64,000 nucleotides of DNA, taken from NCBI GenBank assembly GCA_964016885.1, contig OZ024742.1, forward strand, positions 68,696,001 through 68,760,000, in the 5' to 3' direction. Shown here in pieces: positions 59,731 through 64,000 of this stretch. This stretch comes from Eledone cirrhosa. Its lineage: Eukaryota. Positions within the stretch are counted from its first letter, which is position 1, and every line of letters starts with the position of its first letter. The notes under the pieces were generated by a model. The model searched no databases, was not told the DNA's origin, and saw only the letters and a list, made by a program, of their open reading frames with translations. The translations under genes were made by a program, and so were the position numbers.

Positions 59731-60059
59731 GGATGTGATGTCTTTGAGAAAAAGTGAGTGGAGCATGTTGGTCACCTGCTTGCTCCCCCACCTATCCATA
59801 CCTTTCCATGAAAGTGACAAATTAAGGGCCAATATCAGAACCAATATATCTGGTTGTGATCATTGTATTTTTCTTCCCATGCACTGCTGCACTAACTGTG
59901 CTTGTTGCCTTAAAGACTAAGCACACACTGTCATATGTCTTGCTTTCATAAGATAGAGCATCCATCCTTTCCCATGGACTAAAATTTCCCTCAAACTCTT
60001 CTTTCAAAGGCATATGGTCGCTCCATCAATTTTTTTGAGTGCTGCAAGGTAGGAATGAA

Positions 60060-60680
60060 AATCAGTGCTGTAAAGACAGACATTCATTCTCTTAAGGAAG
60101 CTTGTGCAGTGCATTCAACATGTGTGTGGAGTTCCACTGAAGCAGGTGGAAAAGTTAAAGTATCTCAGGGCCATTTTCACGAGTGATGGAAGGCAGGAAG
60201 CTGAATTAAGAGCACGAATTGCAGAGCTGGTGAGTAGTGCATCAGTTTCAGCATTCGATTATCAGAAAGGAGACAGGTGTAAAGGTCAAACTTGCTATCT
60301 TCAATTTGATATTTGTGTCAACCCTTACCTATTTTCATGAATCTTCAGTAATGACCAAAAGAATACAATAGCAAATATAACCAGCCAAAATGGGGTTCCT
60401 CCAAAGGGTCTTTGGAGTAACATTACTTGATAGAATGAGTAGCTCAGCGATCAGGGAAGCAGTTAGAGTCGCTACTTCTCCGAATTGAATATCCCAACCC
60501 CAATACTACCAGCAAAACCAACTGGTAGGAGATCCAAGAAGAGGTCCTGAGCAGGATGGTTGAATGACATCCATGAGCTTGGCTGGTCTTGCTTGCAGAT
60601 CCAGCCAGATCAATTGGAAACAGTTGCTCATGACATGGCCTGTTAGATGGCATGCTTGAGGACTTCGCCTATGACCATCC
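60060..60680 (+). mobile_element. Old RTE fragment (end of RT to C-terminus)
   Basis: GVPLKQVEKLKYLRAIFTSDGRQEAELRARI; downstream PTGRRSKKRS. Confidence 0.7.
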
Positions 60681-61294
60681 TGGGCATAAGTGGGAAGCGG
60701 AGGAGGAGAATGCGGGTGAGTAGGAGCAAAATGTGGGTGAGGAGGAGGAGGAGGAAGAGGTGGAGACATATCGTCTTTCCTCTTACCCTCCTCTGGATAA
60801 ATTCCTCGGATAAAGGAAACTCTTTTGTAACATAACTCTTGCACACTTCATCCTGTTCTTGGAGTTAAGTGATGTCTAATATTTCTTTTTTGGTTTAAAA
60901 TACTTGCAAACGATAGGTTGGTGTTGCTGCTTTTGTGAATGTCAATTAAATTTGCATTTTCATCTCTCTATTATTATAACTGTCTGGTTTACAGTTATAT
61001 TTACTGCTTTCATCTTTGTGGTTATTACCTCTTCCTGCCACCCCTGAGGTGACTATATTGAACAACTAATAAACCAGGCAAAATGGATGTTTTCGAAAAT
61101 TAGGTACCTTCATTTTTACTGCAAGGAAATGGGATAGACATTGTTGATTTAAAAAACACAACAAAACAAAAACAAAAAACAAACGAAAAACAAAAAAAAT
61201 TTTTTTTACATTAGATAATAACGACACAAAATATCTTCCAAATAGAGCTCTGTGAAAATACATGCAAATAACAACAACAATAATTATCACAATG

Positions 61295-62130
61295 ATAATG
61301 GTTTCTGATTTAGTCACAAAGCCAACAAATTTTTGGGGGAGAGGAAAGTTGATTAAATCAACCCCAGTACATTACTAGTGCTTTTTTTTTAATCATCTCC
61401 ATAAGGATGAAAGGTAAAGCTAACTTTAGCAAGATTTGAACTCAGAATACAAAGGGCTGTAAGTATGCTGAAAAGCAAGTTGGTTTCAAATATTGGAACA
61501 TGATCACAAATTTTGGGGAAGGAGCCAGTCGATCATAGGTTTGCAGAACAAGGCCTGACATGGGATTAATCATCAACAACAATTATAAAGGTGTTTAATT
61601 TAGGTGCAAAGCAAGCAATTTAGGATGAAAGTCAAAGCTAACCTTTGCAGGATTTGAACTCAGAACATAAAGGGGCTAAAACTATGCTGCAAAGCATGGT
61701 ATCTGACACTCTACCGATACTGCCAATCCACCCCCTCATAATAATAATAATGATAATGGTTTCTGATTTAGGCACAATGCCAGCAATGTTATGGGAGAGG
61801 GAGTCAATTAAATCGACCCCAGTGCATGACTGGTGCTTTATTTTATTGACCCCATAAGGATGAAAGGCAAAGCGAACTCAGAACATAAAGGTAAGTAACT
61901 ATCACAAACATGGTGTCTTGTGCTTTACCGATACTGCCAACCCACTGCCCTCAATAACAATAATAATAATGGTTTCTGATTTAGGCACAAGGCCAACAAT
62001 TTTGGGGGAGAGGAAAGACAATTAAATCAACCCCAGTACATTATTTTAATGACCCTTGTAAGGATGAAAGGCATAGCTAACCTTGGCAAGATTTGAACTC
62101 AGAATGTAAAAGGCTGTAAGTAGGCTGCAT
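61295..62130 (-). mobile_element. Cluster of 4-5 decayed MetaSINE-type copies in the same orientation
   Basis: Repeated GGTTTCTGATTTAGGCACAA...AAATC(A/G)ACCCCAGT...AAGGATGAAAGG...GATTTGAACTCAGAA, preceded by (AAT)n tails. Confidence 0.8.
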
Positions 62131-62199
62131 AGCATGTTTAATGCCTTTTTTCAATGATTTCTGACAGAGTTATTTTTTGTTTTAATTTTGTTGCTTCTC

Positions 62200-62560
62200 T
62201 TACTGGGCCTTCTCAACTTCCATTTCACCCTCATTATCACCAATTGATGGAGTGGTGTCTTTAGAAGTAATTTCAGTATCTTTCACCTCTCAGACTGAGT
62301 GTGCTGAAGTTCTCTCTACTATCTCGGTATTAGGAGGCGGTACCTTGGCATCATCCACTGCAGGAGACAAGGGGGAAGAAGATTTTCCCATCACTCTTGG
62401 AAATGGAATTGGTGCTATAATTGATCATGCTACAGGAACTTACTCATTACGTGGTCTTGTTTTCAGCACCTCAAGGCAGAAAGCCCTCAAGTAACTTTTG
62501 GTGCCACAACTGGACTTTCTTCCCTGCACAGTCAGTCTTACTGCTTTTGACTGTGCTCAT
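62200..62560 (-). mobile_element. Possible decayed LINE ORF1 (zinc-knuckle region)
   Basis: AVRLTVQGRKSSCGTKSYLRAFC resembles a VEGR..C..CG..GH....C knuckle; multiple stops. Confidence 0.3.
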
Positions 62561-63462
62561 AACAGGACAAAATTTTGGAATGGCTTGGTTTCTACAGCTG
62601 TATTTGGAAACTGTTTCTACAGCTGTATTTGGAAACTATTAAGCTCATATATTCTAAATCCAACTACAGAAACCTTGCCAAAATTTGGAATTTACAAGCA
62701 TGACATGGTCTTCTGACTCATCTAAGAGGGCAGTAACTCTGAATAAAAATTTACTCAGAATGTGATGACCCTTCATATCCATACAGCATGGAAAGCTTGC
62801 ATATAATGATGACAAATGATTTCTAATATTGACACAAGGCAACAAGTTTTGAAGGTAAGGCTGTGTGATGAAGTTCACTTCAAAATTACATGTTTTGGGG
62901 TTCAATTTAACTACGTATTACCTTGCTATAGTGGAAGATAGTAGAGCCAGGTGATTGAAATTTGGTAGACAGAAACAGTGTTTAAGTCCTTGACTTAAAC
63001 ACTGTTCATGTTTTTGGGTGGTAGATTTAATCCATCATTACCTAGTCCTTCAGTATCTTTAGCAGAGTCTACTCTGCTGTAAGCATTTGAGCCAGATCTC
63101 TGGTCTGAGGATAACTTCCTCCTTTCATTACATCAGTTTCAGAGGACCTGGAAAGAGCTGTGTACACTTCCTTTACTCTTCTGTTGAAGCAACAAACTAC
63201 ACACACAAACACACATGTATATATATATATCTATATCTTATCGTCATCGTTTAACATCCATTTTCCACGCTAGCATGGGTTAGACGATTACAATGATGTC
63301 ATATTAGCTTAACACTTGATATAGTAAGGAAATAGTTTTAATGTTTCACACTTTAGTCCTCAATTGGAAGATAGATGGTGTGTGTATATATAAGGAAGAG
63401 ACTTGTCCTCCATTGGAAGATAGATGGTGTGTATATATATATATATATATAAGGAAGAGGGA

Positions 63463-63556
63463 TATTCAATTTGTTGGTAATTCAACAAATATAAATGATT
63501 CAGAGCACTCGACAGCTTTTCTGGAGTATAATATTCAATGATATTAAATAAATGGA

Positions 63557-63561
<5 letters not shown>
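63463..63561 (-). mobile_element. 3'-terminal fragment related to the 17028-17492 PLE pLTR
   Basis: GTTTCCATTTATTTAATAT...ATATACTCCA...TGTCGAGTGCT shared with 17381-17480. Confidence 0.7.
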
Positions 63562-63602
<41 letters not shown>

Positions 63603-63604
<2 letters not shown>

Positions 63605-63699
63605 GAAAAGAGTCAGAACCCTGACAGCTGAGCTCAACAGTTTGGATCTAGCTGTCGTAACGGGCGGAGCTCAGCCGTCGGGGTCCTGACTCTTTTCAT
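63603..63699. repeat. 97-bp fold-back element (33-bp arms, 3 mismatches)
   Basis: ATGAAAAGAGTCAGAACCCTGACAGCTGAGCTC ... GAGCTCAGCCGTCGGGGTCCTGACTCTTTTCAT. Confidence 0.85.
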
Positions 63700-63773
63700 A
63701 TTACCCATGAGTACTCTAGTGTGTTATGGTCCACCTGGTATCTTACTACACCTTCTTTGTTATATATATATAT

Positions 63774-63843
63774 ATATCAATCAAATAGTTGAATCAATTT
63801 ATATATATATACATATAAATTGATTCAACTATTTGATTGATAT
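63774..63843. repeat. 70-bp palindrome with a (TA)n centre
   Basis: ATATCAATCAAATAGTTGAATCAATTTATAT ... ATATAAATTGATTCAACTATTTGATTGATAT. Confidence 0.9.
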
Positions 63844-64000
63844 TTTACAACCTCTGCTTAAATGAAAGACTAAGTTAACCTTTTTTAGCAGTGGAACCCA
63901 GAATGTGAGACCAGGTTCATTACATAGATCCTAACACCCAAGGGAAAATCTGTGCTAACAATAATGATACATAGTACATGTGACACAAGAAGAAAAGCTA

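Overview
AT-rich animal genomic DNA. The repeat landscape (very long (TA)n/(TACA)n arrays, RTE LINEs with (ATG)n tails, MetaSINE-type SINEs) suggests a cephalopod, probably an octopod; this is an inference. The only host gene I can support is a TMEM56/TLCD4-like TLC-domain membrane protein on the minus strand: its first two coding exons are at 11714-11545 and 759-670, and neither is in the ORF track. Everything above about 11.8 kb is probably its 5'-UTR intron or upstream DNA and is almost entirely nested retroelements and microsatellite. It holds three RTE-clade LINE families (one with a PHD finger inside the RT, one with C-terminal C2H2 fingers), a ~600-bp non-autonomous RTE derivative in five copies, R4/Dong-type RLE retrotransposons, Penelope-like elements (PLEs) with minimal hammerhead ribozymes and fold-back ends, and SINEs. 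A decayed hAT transposase and two MITEs lie in the intron between the two coding exons. The long Ile/Tyr ORFs are microsatellite artefacts. Highlights: (1) an RTE 3' copy at 15211-15738 with massive, strand-specific, context-biased A-to-G change, as expected from an ADAR-hyperedited RNA reverse-transcribed back into the genome; (2) an R4/Dong insertion with an apparent ~340-bp target-site duplication; (3) hammerhead-bearing fold-back PLE derivatives, including a 2-kb non-coding one, plus a U3-A8 core variant. All alignments and counts were done by eye.
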